The position numbers and the translations under genes were made by a program. Positions 19,690 to 28,909 of a DNA stretch of 64,000 nucleotides are shown piece after piece (positions within the stretch are counted from its first letter, which is position 1; every line of letters starts with the position of its first letter). The notes beneath the pieces were generated by a model that worked only from the letters and a program-made list of their open reading frames with translations, was not told the DNA's origin and ran no database searches. This DNA comes from Shigella phage pSs-1: the sequence record KM501444. The stretch is one strand, 5' to 3'.

Positions 19690-20161
19690 TTGTTTTACCT
19701 AAAACAACAGTAGGAGCATCATCAAATTCATGAATTTTTAGCAAATTTGGATGTAAACTATTCCACACAGAAGAAATAAAGTATGATAAAGCATCTTCAC
19801 TTGCAATTATAAATTTATTTCCTTTATCTATTTTCCAACTATATACTGAATCGTACGAATAAAAAGATAATGGTTTATCATTATATTGTTCTGCGCTAAC
19901 ATTAATGTATTCGGATTTAGTAAATGCTTCAATTGCTCTAAACGGAATATTTGGTACAGTTTCAATAATACCAATCTTTTTAAGTTTTATTTCAGCATCT
20001 TCTGGAACTGGCATTGAAACAAAATTTTCTACGAGATACATTGGGTCACAATAACCCTTATCAATCATTACCGCTACGGTAATTGGAACGTCTTTAGCAA
20101 ACGACAAACTATTACTGCTAATATACATTTCAAACAAAATCGCTTCCATAATTTTCCTCAA
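19664..20161 (-). CDS. hypothetical protein (165 aa)
   Basis: ORF track. Confidence 0.45.
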   Translation of the reverse strand: MRKIMEAILFEMYISSNSLSFAKDVPITVAVMIDKGYCDPMYLVENFVSMPVPEDAEIKLKKIGIIETVPNIPFRAIEAFTKSEYINVSAEQYNDKPLSFYSYDSVYSWKIDKGNKFIIASEDALSYFISSVWNSLHPNLLKIHEFDDAPTVVLGKTNESSEEDA

Positions 20162-20496
20162 TCACAAGATGTAGATGAACAACTAGAATCACAAGAACTT
20201 CCACATGAATCGCCCGTCCATACATGAACAGGAACATTAGTATCATATGAATCAGAACTAGACTGTGTATTCTGCGTATTAGATGATGTAGGTGTTGACC
20301 AGCGCCAAGGATTTTTATAATATTCCTGGGCTTCTTCATAAGTCATAGTAACTGCTTCTACTGTTCCATCTCCCATATAAACATATTCAACTACAGTTAA
20401 AGGGAGGTAGTCGTTTGAAATAGGAACTACACCTTCTCCGGGAGTTGTAGAGAAAAAATCCGTAAAGAAACTTTTAAACCAATTAAAGATAAACAT
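20158..20496 (-). CDS. hypothetical protein with Cys/Ser-rich C-terminal tail (112 aa)
   Basis: C-terminus [34 protein letters not shown]. Confidence 0.45.
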   Translation of the reverse strand: MFIFNWFKSFFTDFFSTTPGEGVVPISNDYLPLTVVEYVYMGDGTVEAVTMTYEEAQEYYKNPWRWSTPTSSNTQNTQSSSDSYDTNVPVHVWTGDSCGSSCDSSCSSTSCD

Positions 20497-20708
20497 TACA
20501 AAAAGCCTCTTTGAAATTCGACTCTTTGAAATCCACCCCAGTCAGTGTATCGCATTTCAGCATTGAACTCGACTGAACCATCTGCATGCATCATGAATGA
20601 ATGCGTGACGATATCACAATCCCAGCTTTTCATACCCCATTTATCAGAGATAGCTTTATCAAGAACCTTCTGGAGGTCTTCATTTGGTTTAATCCAACGA
20701 TTTAACAT
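20496..20708 (-). CDS. hypothetical protein (70 aa)
   Basis: ATG verified, GAGGAG SD, early promoter upstream. Confidence 0.45.
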   Translation of the reverse strand: MLNRWIKPNEDLQKVLDKAISDKWGMKSWDCDIVTHSFMMHADGSVEFNAEMRYTDWGGFQRVEFQRGFL

Positions 20709-20734
20709 AGTGCTCTCCTCTATAAGATAATTCT

Positions 20735-20764
20735 ATTATACCATACTCATTGTGGAAAGTAAAC
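20735..20764 (-). promoter_or_regulatory. T4-type early promoter
   Basis: attataccat...gtaaac. Confidence 0.55.
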
Positions 20765-20777
20765 CGGTAAAATGAAA

Positions 20778-20799
20778 AAGGACTCTCGAAGGAGTCCTT
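20778..20799 (-). terminator. UUCG-loop hairpin terminator after soc
   Basis: aaggactc-tcgaag-gagtcctt; U-rich 3' flank on minus. Confidence 0.5.
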
Positions 20800-20805
20800 G
20801 AATTA

Positions 20806-21042
20806 TTAACCACCTATTTCTGTAGGCGTAAACATTGCAGCATTCTTAGTTTTCCAAGTTGCTGCATCGGAAACTACATCAGAATAAGCTGCTTTTTCTG
20901 ACGGAAAGATTTGATAATGAGAATCTGCAATACGGTGTTCATTTGAATATACATCAAATGCTACAGAAACTTCCATACCTTTAACTTCTTTGCCTTCACC
21001 TGCTGGATGAGTAAAGGTCTTGATGTTAACGAAACCACCCAT
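20806..21042 (-). CDS. soc: small outer capsid protein Soc-like (78 aa)
   Basis: synteny upstream of gene 56; MGGFVNIKTF...YQIFPSEKAAYS resembles T4 Soc (YVNIKTF, FPSEKAAYS) but diverged; late promoter upstream. Confidence 0.65.
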   Translation of the reverse strand: MGGFVNIKTFTHPAGEGKEVKGMEVSVAFDVYSNEHRIADSHYQIFPSEKAAYSDVVSDAATWKTKNAAMFTPTEIGG

Positions 21043-21073
21043 AATAAACTCCTTTATTGTTTAATTACAGGTG

Positions 21074-21081
21074 TATTTATA
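21074..21081 (-). promoter_or_regulatory. late promoter TATAAATA for soc
   Basis: plus tatttata = minus TATAAATA about 32 nt upstream of soc ATG. Confidence 0.55.
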
Positions 21082-21084
21082 TCA

Positions 21085-21603
21085 TCAATAACCTCGGTCT
21101 TGACGAGCGAAGTTTTCAGCATTTTTCAGATAATAAAGTTTAAAGATTTCTTCAGCCGTAAGACCGAGACCTTGGAACATGTTCAGAACGAAATGAAGAA
21201 TATCAATCATTTCGAATTTAATTTCCAACTGGTCTTGTGGAGATAAGTCAGTAATCAGAGTTTCACGACGTTCACCGTGTTGCGACTTCCAAGGCTTCCA
21301 TACAGCAGATGCATCTTTTTCGCCATTGCTCATACCACCAAGAGAAGTCAGAAGTTCGCGGAATTCATCATCAATATAATCTTTCTGATTACGCAGCCAA
21401 TCAACAACTTCACCTGCAGTAGCCAAATCATCAGGATGACGATTATATTCAGGTTTATCTTTAGCTAAACGAACCTGCAGAGATTTCTGCATATCAAGCA
21501 TAACCTGCAGCGGGTCTTTTTCATCACCGAGAATATCCCAGTATTCATTTTGAGCTTTATCAGCGCCTTCAATTAGTTGACTACATTCGTTAAAGTATGC
21601 CAT
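21085..21603 (-). CDS. 56: dCTP pyrophosphatase gp56 (MazG-like)
   Basis: 172 codons from ATG 21601-21603 (MAYFNECSQLIEG...), T4 gp56 is 171 aa; track start is an upstream alternative. Confidence 0.8.
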   Translation of the reverse strand: MAYFNECSQLIEGADKAQNEYWDILGDEKDPLQVMLDMQKSLQVRLAKDKPEYNRHPDDLATAGEVVDWLRNQKDYIDDEFRELLTSLGGMSNGEKDASAVWKPWKSQHGERRETLITDLSPQDQLEIKFEMIDILHFVLNMFQGLGLTAEEIFKLYYLKNAENFARQDRGY

Positions 21604-21674
21604 TATTTTTCCTTTCAATTCATGGGTTAGTAGATTAATTATACAATAAATATATAAAGCAATAAGGAGGACAT

Positions 21675-21875
21675 ATGGTACAAAAATTAATGGCACTTGT
21701 TAATGCCATAAAAGGTAATAAAAAACGTATAGCTTTTACTATTTCTGCTATGGTAGGAATTTTACTCTGGAATTTTGTTTTATCACCAATTGCTATTGCT
21801 CATGGTGTTAATATTCCGGTAATTACTCTTGATACATTCGTAGATTTAGCATTTGCTTTGGTTGGGTTAATTTAA
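21675..21875 (+). CDS. small plus-strand membrane protein (66 aa)
   Basis: only credible plus-strand ORF in window; AGGAGG SD 7 nt before ATG; hydrophobic; stop overlaps gene 61 stop tail-to-tail. Confidence 0.5.
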   Translation: MVQKLMALVNAIKGNKKRIAFTISAMVGILLWNFVLSPIAIAHGVNIPVITLDTFVDLAFALVGLI

Positions 21876-22900
21876 ATCTTAGCATATTTAGATAGCCGCA
21901 TTTTAGCCATCAACCCTTGAGCAATATTATTTTTCATATATTCCATAATTTGTTCAGGGGTTGCACCTTCCTTTCTAATCATATCATTAACATCTTTTGA
22001 TTTCCAGGGAGATTTGTCCCAAAACATAACCCTTTCTCCTGCATCAACTAATTTAGTCATTCGTTTAATAGTGTCAGGGTGACGAGGTTCATTATCTAAA
22101 ACCCATACACGTCTATCTTTAAATGGAACAATTTCTAGGTCTAATTGACCACCCGTAATAGCTATACCATTTTCAATAAAAAGTGAATCTATAGGTCCTT
22201 CTAGAACATATACATCACCATCTTTAACCCGTTCAACTCCATAGATTTTTGTTGCCTCAGGATAAGCTTTGATGGTGATATATTTTTGAGGAGCATCTTT
22301 CTTTAATGCACGTCCTTGAAAAGACTCGGCTTTTCCGTTAGCATTATAAATTGGAATAACAAGACGAGGCTCAGGTATTTCCTTTTTATATGTTCCTGGT
22401 GCTATGCTATTAACTAATTTAGGCCATTCGGTTGTAAACCAAAGATATTTCCATTTATCCTTTGGAATACAACGAGCTTTTACATATTTTATAATTGGAT
22501 GGTCTTCCGTCAGTTTATCTAATCTAATGCATGACGGAAGAGATTTAATTATTTTCTTCTCAGGTTGTTTAGGAAGTTCTTTAGGTTTTTCTACTGGACG
22601 ACTTTTACCTTTTTCTTTTCTTATTTCAAAGATATACTCACGATATAAATCAGGTTCAAACTCCTTTAAATATATTCCGATTGGTGCATGATAGTTACAG
22701 TTATAACAATGAATATTTCCTTCATTATTATCGCCATAATACCATCCACGGGCTTTATTTTGGTCGGTTTTTGAATCTCCACAAACAGGGCATCTAAACC
22801 GTAATTTAAAAGTTGAACTATTATTTACTTGTGCGAATTTAGGTAAATGAGCTAATGCACGGTATGCAAACTCATTATCAATCCAAGGTATTGATGACAT
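21872..22900 (-). CDS. 61: DNA primase gp61
   Basis: 342 aa as T4 gp61; N-terminal zinc ribbon CPVCGDS...CYNC; TOPRIM-like core. Confidence 0.9.
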   Translation of the reverse strand: MSSIPWIDNEFAYRALAHLPKFAQVNNSSTFKLRFRCPVCGDSKTDQNKARGWYYGDNNEGNIHCYNCNYHAPIGIYLKEFEPDLYREYIFEIRKEKGKSRPVEKPKELPKQPEKKIIKSLPSCIRLDKLTEDHPIIKYVKARCIPKDKWKYLWFTTEWPKLVNSIAPGTYKKEIPEPRLVIPIYNANGKAESFQGRALKKDAPQKYITIKAYPEATKIYGVERVKDGDVYVLEGPIDSLFIENGIAITGGQLDLEIVPFKDRRVWVLDNEPRHPDTIKRMTKLVDAGERVMFWDKSPWKSKDVNDMIRKEGATPEQIMEYMKNNIAQGLMAKMRLSKYAKI

Positions 22901-22902
22901 TT

Positions 22903-23067
22903 TTACTCTTCTTTTTCTTTAGATTCCTCTTTTTTCTTTTTAGGAATCTGTTCAGGACCTTTATTTACTACAGCACCTGACGTTGTTCCAGTGGAGATAT
23001 TTTCAGGATTACCACCTGAATCTCCAGCTACCATATCTTCTTTAATAAATTCTTTATATGTTTTCAT
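22903..23067 (-). CDS. hypothetical small protein (54 aa), 61.1 position
   Basis: hand-translated MKTYKEFIKEDMVAGDSGG...; below track cutoff. Confidence 0.35.
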   Translation of the reverse strand: MKTYKEFIKEDMVAGDSGGNPENISTGTTSGAVVNKGPEQIPKKKKEESKEKEE

Positions 23068-23068
23068 A

Positions 23069-23425
23069 TTAACCTCTATTCATAAAAGCATTAAAAATTT
23101 GGTCATCAATAGATGGAATAGCAACCTTTTCTACATCATTTAACAAATCATTAATTTCATCAGATAGCATAACGCATGTACCTTTATTTCCTGTAATTGT
23201 TACTGCACAATTACGAACGTTTTCTTTATCAAATTTTAGGTTAATATTTTCGTAGTGAAAATCCTTTAATGCCGAGTATATTTTTAAAATGAAATTGTCT
23301 TTTACTACAATAAACCCAACTTCACTATTAAAACGTGGTTCATGGAAACTGTAATAAACCTTTTCATCTATAAAATCGTATGAAATTTTTTCCATTTTTA
23401 AATATGAAAATTCAGAACTATACAT
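23069..23425 (-). CDS. hypothetical protein (118 aa)
   Basis: ORF track. Confidence 0.45.
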   Translation of the reverse strand: MYSSEFSYLKMEKISYDFIDEKVYYSFHEPRFNSEVGFIVVKDNFILKIYSALKDFHYENINLKFDKENVRNCAVTITGNKGTCVMLSDEINDLLNDVEKVAIPSIDDQIFNAFMNRG

Positions 23426-23437
23426 ACTAACCTCTAA

Positions 23438-23731
23438 TTACTCACCTACCACTTCAGCGATGATATTTTTATTATTAAAGTTTTTATCGCAATACAGAAC
23501 ATAATTATACTGCATTACACCACCAGACTTAAGTTGTTTTTGCACCTCAGCTTTCATTTCAGGACGATCACGCTCAACGATATTCATAATATCTGCTTCA
23601 ATTTGAGTTTCAACCTCAGTCTGGTCTGCAGTCATAGACCACTCACACAAATCTTTATCATAACCTGCCATAGCAGGCTGAGCAGCACAAGAAGATAAAG
23701 CAAAAATTGCAGCAAAGATAAATTTTTTCAT
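23438..23731 (-). CDS. sp: Spackle periplasmic protein Sp
   Basis: 97 aa with signal peptide MKKFIFAAIFALSSCAAQPAMAGYDKDLCEW as recalled for T4 Sp. Confidence 0.8.
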   Translation of the reverse strand: MKKFIFAAIFALSSCAAQPAMAGYDKDLCEWSMTADQTEVETQIEADIMNIVERDRPEMKAEVQKQLKSGGVMQYNYVLYCDKNFNNKNIIAEVVGE

Positions 23732-23789
23732 GATAATCTCCTCAGTAGTTTATGTTTATAGTATCTCAATTTCCAATAAAAGTAAACAA

Positions 23790-24047
23790 TTATTTTAAAA
23801 CTTCTGCATAATCACATGCTACAAACTGTTTCTCTAACTTGACGATTTTACGAAAGTATCTTTTGCATTGACGAATCTGTCGCTTCGTAGGGCGCACAGC
23901 AAACTTAATAAATTCCACTCGACCAAATGGAGGACTTTCTTCTGCCGGAATATCTAATACTAATTCCCACGTATCTGCAATAAGTGCTTTGAATTGAGTA
24001 TTTTTCCTGACGTTATGTGGAGTAGGTTTAAATAAAACAATATGCAT
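23790..24047 (-). CDS. hypothetical protein (85 aa), 61.4 position
   Basis: ATG 24045-24047 with SD; track start overlaps dmd. Confidence 0.45.
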   Translation of the reverse strand: MHIVLFKPTPHNVRKNTQFKALIADTWELVLDIPAEESPPFGRVEFIKFAVRPTKRQIRQCKRYFRKIVKLEKQFVACDYAEVLK

Positions 24048-24048
24048 A

Positions 24049-24231
24049 TTATCCTCGGTAATCAACTTCACATACTTTCTTGTCATCAATGAAAGCTTTA
24101 ACTAATGCTTTATTAACTTCAGCATATTGAGTAGTAGCCCAGTGAACGTCATCTTTCATCATTGTGATTTCTTTAGTAAACATGCTTTCATTCTTAAACC
24201 ACCCCATAAAAACTACCTTTACCAATTCCAT
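24049..24231 (-). CDS. dmd: Dmd, discriminator of mRNA degradation (antitoxin against RnlA/LsoA)
   Basis: 60 aa MELVKVVFMGWFKNESMFTKEITMMKDD... as recalled for T4 Dmd. Confidence 0.85.
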   Translation of the reverse strand: MELVKVVFMGWFKNESMFTKEITMMKDDVHWATTQYAEVNKALVKAFIDDKKVCEVDYRG

Positions 24232-24260
24232 AACAATCTCCTCATTTAACCAACAAGACT

Positions 24261-24290
24261 ACTATACCATAGTCTTGTCAGCTTGTAAAC
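24261..24290 (-). promoter_or_regulatory. T4-type early promoter
   Basis: actataccat...gtaaac. Confidence 0.55.
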
Positions 24291-25717
24291 TAAAATTTTA
24301 ATTCATTTGCCAAAGCATCTAACTGAGCTCGAGCGGATTCGTTTCTTTGATAGCGATTCTGTTCAGCTTGAATCTGCTGTGAACCTGCTACTTCGTTCAC
24401 TTCGGTTGGAGTAGAATCTTGTTCAATTTCTACCCATTTCTGATTTCCTTTTTGAACACCCATTAAAAACTTATTCCATTTATTCTTATCACCGTATCGT
24501 GATTTGATTTGCTTAATGAGTTGTTGTTCAGCAGCTGCTAACTCCTCGGTTTCAATGACCGCAAGCATAAAATCGGCTGTTGCTGGAAGACCGGCAGATT
24601 CTGCAATATCGCTCATGTTAACATCAGAAGAATCCCAAGCTTGCTTACCAACCTGTGCTGCAGTCCAAAGAACAGTTTCGGTTTCAACAGCCAGAGCACG
24701 CAATTCCTCTGCGATAGCTTTAACAGTCGTGTAACTATTTTCTGAATAAACTCTAATGCGGCAAGATTTACAAATACCCAGATAGTCAACAATAATGATT
24801 GTTGGAACAAAATTCTTCTTGAGCTTCAATTCGTTTAAAAGAGATCGAAATGTATTAGCGTCTGCTCCACCAGTAGGATACTGTTTAACGATTAAACGGC
24901 CGAGAGTAGATTTCTCACGCCATTTTTCCATTTTTCCTTTATATTCAGCGTAAGAAATATGCCCGTCATCAATGTCATCAAGAGAAACATCAAGCATATT
25001 AGCGTCAATACGCTTAGCACAAACTTCTTCTGCCATTTCCATGGAAATGTAAAGAACATTGTGTCCGAGCTGCAAATAATCTGCTGCCAATGAACACAAT
25101 CCTAATGACTTACCAACGTTAACACCAGCCATTAAAACGTTCAGCGTTCCAGTTTCAGCTCCGCCTTTAGTAATTTTATTTAGAATTTTGAGTTTAAATG
25201 GAACCTTACGAGCTTTATTCATATAAGATAGCCAACGTGCTTCGTAGTCATCCATCCAATCATGACCAACGTAACTATCAAATGAAATTGATAATGCTTG
25301 GCGCATGATGTCAGGAATAGCACCAACATCCGGCATTTTCTTATTTCGTTTTTCCGGAGGAAGCTCAGCATTAGTTTGAATTTCAATTATTTTAGATGTA
25401 GCATTAAACATCGCCCTTTGCTGAACATATTTTTCTGTTTCTTTTACTAACCAGCTGTGGTCTTCTGGAGAATCGGCTAGTTTCGAAATAAGTGTTTTTA
25501 CACCAGAATATTCTGTTTCAGTAAATGAACTATTTTCTAATGCAACATTTAACGCATTAATAGATGGAACGCTATGGTACTCATTAACATGAGATTTAAT
25601 TAATTTGAATGTATTTTTAGCTGGACCACTTTCAAAATATTCTGAATCCATATATGGCCAAACTTTTGAAAAATAAGCTTGATCAAATATGAGATGAGAA
25701 AGAATAATTTCTACCAC
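24290..25717 (-). CDS. 41: replicative DNA helicase gp41
   Basis: 475 aa; MVEIILSHLIFDQAYFSKVWPYMD; GTG start with AAGGAGTA SD. Confidence 0.92.
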   Translation of the reverse strand: MVEIILSHLIFDQAYFSKVWPYMDSEYFESGPAKNTFKLIKSHVNEYHSVPSINALNVALENSSFTETEYSGVKTLISKLADSPEDHSWLVKETEKYVQQRAMFNATSKIIEIQTNAELPPEKRNKKMPDVGAIPDIMRQALSISFDSYVGHDWMDDYEARWLSYMNKARKVPFKLKILNKITKGGAETGTLNVLMAGVNVGKSLGLCSLAADYLQLGHNVLYISMEMAEEVCAKRIDANMLDVSLDDIDDGHISYAEYKGKMEKWREKSTLGRLIVKQYPTGGADANTFRSLLNELKLKKNFVPTIIIVDYLGICKSCRIRVYSENSYTTVKAIAEELRALAVETETVLWTAAQVGKQAWDSSDVNMSDIAESAGLPATADFMLAVIETEELAAAEQQLIKQIKSRYGDKNKWNKFLMGVQKGNQKWVEIEQDSTPTEVNEVAGSQQIQAEQNRYQRNESARAQLDALANELKF

Positions 25718-25726
25718 ACTTACTCC

Positions 25727-26089
25727 TTAAAAGAATTTAAATTTTTTCTTTGACCTTTTATTAAACGCATCTTGTAGTTGCATTGTAATACATTTTTCTA
25801 CATGAGGAGCTAACTCAGCTTTTCTTTCTTGGTCAAGAACAGCAAAGTCCATTACGACTTTTCCATCAACCCAATCTAATTTTGTCACATACACAATGTG
25901 TGTAGAACCGTCTTCTAGTTTAATGACAATCTCCTGGATAACATTTTCCATGGCAGATTTAATTATCTTAAGAGATTCATTAAAAAGACGTTCTTTTCTT
26001 TCTTCTTCCCCCTCCGAAGAGGGGGATTCATCGATAATTTCTAGATCTAAATCTAAATCATCTTTATTCATTAAATTCTTCCATATCAC
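25727..26089 (-). CDS. 40: gp40-like protein (120 aa)
   Basis: synteny between 41 and uvsX; acidic N-terminus. Confidence 0.55.
   Translation of the reverse strand: MIWKNLMNKDDLDLDLEIIDESPSSEGEEERKERLFNESLKIIKSAMENVIQEIVIKLEDGSTHIVYVTKLDWVDGKVVMDFAVLDQERKAELAPHVEKCITMQLQDAFNKRSKKKFKFF
26008..26025 (-). other. stable UUCG-tetraloop hairpin inside gene 40 coding sequence
   Basis: ccccctc-cgaa-gaggggg (7-bp G/C stem). Confidence 0.5.
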
Positions 26090-27245
26090 TTAACTGATCT
26101 AGGTCAGTTTCTAAATCAGCTGCTGATTTACTTTTACTTTCTGGAGATTTAAATTTTTCAACCTTCGAGTTAATCAATTCATCAACTTCAGCTTCAACAA
26201 TTTCATTACTATCAATAGCACCTAACTGATAAGCGCGTTTAATAGCATCTCGGAATGGTTGATGCTTAAATAAAGGACCCCAGAATGTAGTGCAGTTGGT
26301 ATCTTTTGCACGCCAAGATTTTTCTTCGCGAATCATCTCGCCGGTTTCTTCGTCAAGAAATTCACGAGCATACCAGCCATTTTTAGGTTTTACCACAAAT
26401 CCTAATTCAAGAGCCATATCTAACAATCCAGAATAAGGATCGATACCACCGTCAAATTTAACATCAATAAAGAATTTACTTTTTTCTTTAACAGTACGAG
26501 ATTTTTCTACATTTAGAACAAATTGATACCCCTGAAGATCAGAACCATCTTTAATCTGGCGCTTACCGATAATGAATACAGTATCAGCCGAATACATTAC
26601 GCCTGTACCACCTGTCATCACGGTTTTACTAAACATTTCAATTGTTTCAATTGTATGGTTAACCGCAACACATGGAATGTTTTTAATACTAAAATAAGGA
26701 GTAACAATACGGAATAATGACTTCAGTGATTTAGCACGAGTCATATCTGCCACAGATTTTTCATTCAAGGCATCTTCCGTTTCTTTCTTAGAAGCCATAT
26801 TACCGATTGAGTCGATGAATACAATAACTTTTTCACCACGCTCAATAGCTTCAAGCTGATTCACCATATCAATTTTCAGCTGTTCAACTGACTGAATTGG
26901 TGTATGAATTACTCGTTCCGGGTCAACTCCCATGGATCGCAAATAAGCTGGAGTAATACCAAATTCGCTATCATAGAATAGACAAACCGCGTCAGGATAT
27001 TTGTTCAAATACGCCGCAACCATAGTCAAAGACATATTTGATTTAAAGTGTTTAGAAGGACCTGCAAAAATGGTTAAACCCGACTGCATACCGCCATCAA
27101 TCGCACCAGAAATAGCAATATTAAGCATTGGGATTTTTGTACGGATTACATCCTTTTCATTAAAGAATTTAGATGTAGTCAGTTCAGCAGTCATTTTAGA
27201 AGTGGAAGCTTTAATCAAACGGGATTTTAAATCTGCAATAGACAT
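26064..27245 (-). CDS. uvsX: UvsX recombinase (RecA-like)
   Basis: 393 aa; near-identical to recalled T4 UvsX (391 aa) with small differences. Confidence 0.92.
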   Translation of the reverse strand: MSIADLKSRLIKASTSKMTAELTTSKFFNEKDVIRTKIPMLNIAISGAIDGGMQSGLTIFAGPSKHFKSNMSLTMVAAYLNKYPDAVCLFYDSEFGITPAYLRSMGVDPERVIHTPIQSVEQLKIDMVNQLEAIERGEKVIVFIDSIGNMASKKETEDALNEKSVADMTRAKSLKSLFRIVTPYFSIKNIPCVAVNHTIETIEMFSKTVMTGGTGVMYSADTVFIIGKRQIKDGSDLQGYQFVLNVEKSRTVKEKSKFFIDVKFDGGIDPYSGLLDMALELGFVVKPKNGWYAREFLDEETGEMIREEKSWRAKDTNCTTFWGPLFKHQPFRDAIKRAYQLGAIDSNEIVEAEVDELINSKVEKFKSPESKSKSAADLETDLDQLSDMEEFNE

Positions 27246-27322
27246 TCATTTTTTCCATAGGCAACATTATATTTTCCTCACTGGTTAAAGATAGAGTAAT
27301 TATAACACAATAAATTTAGGCA

Positions 27323-28171
27323 TTAATCAACTGCTATTGGATGAATAGCATTAAACTTATGAAACGCTTCTGATTTTTCTTTGCGCGAAACACACATGCG
27401 AAGAACCTTTAATGGCTCGTCTTCTTCACCCAACGATTTTCTCTTTTCAATATTCGATGTTTTCCAACGAGCTTGCTCTGGAAACTCTCTATTGATTTGC
27501 TCAAGAGCTCTATTATGTTTTGAATTACTACGAATTGAACTACATCCGCCGGGAGCTTGCGCTTTTCCGGATACAACCAGATATTTGAACAAGGCCAAAT
27601 GCGGATAACCTTGATTAATTAAATTGAGAAATGCATACATATCTTCGCATAAATCAATTTTTCCATACCCAATCTGTTCTGTTGTAAGTTTTCCAAGGTC
27701 ATACCAGGTATTCGTGAATCCATATGAATTTTCACGATAATTACCCCAAGATGAAGTAATTTTAAAAATAGGCAGACGAGCATGACCATGATAATACCCA
27801 CAATCCATGGCATCTTCAACGTATTGAATCAATTCATAGAACTGTTCACGAGTTAACTGATTAATTTTATCTACGCAGCGACGATCATCTTTCTTTCGCA
27901 TTGAACTCATACGAATAGTAGTATCATCATCAATCATCCAAATTCGTTGACCTGCATACATATCAGTAATTGCTTTACGAGTACCAGCAATTCCGTTAAC
28001 ATCATCAGGAATAGTTATAATTTTAGCTCTAGACCCGTAAGCGTCATAATAAGCTTTTTCTTCGTGTTCACGTACTACAATATGAGGTTCATAATCAGTC
28101 GGAAACATATCAAGGGCAGAAACTGCCCCTACGCGTTGATAGCTTGGAATTACGAATTGAATCATTTCCAC
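27323..28171 (-). CDS. DxD-motif glycosyltransferase-like protein (282 aa); candidate DNA hmC sugar transferase
   Basis: occupies the uvsX-42 locus where T4 has beta-gt; RIWMIDDDTTI DxD-like motif; not T4 beta-gt-like. Confidence 0.45.
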   Translation of the reverse strand: MEMIQFVIPSYQRVGAVSALDMFPTDYEPHIVVREHEEKAYYDAYGSRAKIITIPDDVNGIAGTRKAITDMYAGQRIWMIDDDTTIRMSSMRKKDDRRCVDKINQLTREQFYELIQYVEDAMDCGYYHGHARLPIFKITSSWGNYRENSYGFTNTWYDLGKLTTEQIGYGKIDLCEDMYAFLNLINQGYPHLALFKYLVVSGKAQAPGGCSSIRSNSKHNRALEQINREFPEQARWKTSNIEKRKSLGEEDEPLKVLRMCVSRKEKSEAFHKFNAIHPIAVD

Positions 28172-28902
28172 TCACCGTTATAATCTTTTTTCACAATATG
28201 AGTTTCGCCAGTATTCCACCAATGATCAACCAAGTAAAAATGACGAGAATATACATGAAGACTTCCAACATTCCATATAATAGAACCTGCTTTATACTGA
28301 CGAGTTGAATCACCTGCATTCAAATCAGATACTAATTTATCTAGTACGTATTTTTGCCATGCATAATCATTACGGAATCCGAAGACCACGTCATTTGAAC
28401 GCATGCTTACTACTGCATTGACTTTCTTATCACGAATCAGGTACTGTACTGTATTCGTACACATGAAATCTGACATACCATCTTTATTGTAGTCAAACTG
28501 CATGGATGGACGAGTATAAATCATGATACCACGCCGAGAATCAGGATTTTGACCAAGCTCAGCTAAACACATATCATACTGGGCATAGTTATCTTCTGAC
28601 CAAATAGCCCAACCATAATTCGAATTAATTTCTCCTTTAGAAGATGCTACCTGCTGCCAAATCTTTGGTGTTTCACCTGGAATATCTTTAACAAACAAAC
28701 TTTTAGATTTATACCATTCAAGTTCACGCTGAATGTATTCATCATTAAGAGCGCCAAAAATAAACGGTTCATCTGCTACAAATGATGCGCCAATAATTTC
28801 AATAGTTTTAACACCAGTTTTATCAACTACGAAATCTTTTTCCTTTAATGCAAGCCCCAAATGAAGACGGATTTCTTCAACTGTCATAGAGTCACTAATC
28901 AT
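28162..28902 (-). CDS. 42: dCMP hydroxymethylase gp42
   Basis: 246 aa as T4 gp42; thymidylate-synthase-like. Confidence 0.88.
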   Translation of the reverse strand: MISDSMTVEEIRLHLGLALKEKDFVVDKTGVKTIEIIGASFVADEPFIFGALNDEYIQRELEWYKSKSLFVKDIPGETPKIWQQVASSKGEINSNYGWAIWSEDNYAQYDMCLAELGQNPDSRRGIMIYTRPSMQFDYNKDGMSDFMCTNTVQYLIRDKKVNAVVSMRSNDVVFGFRNDYAWQKYVLDKLVSDLNAGDSTRQYKAGSIIWNVGSLHVYSRHFYLVDHWWNTGETHIVKKDYNGEWK

Positions 28903-28909
28903 TTAAACC

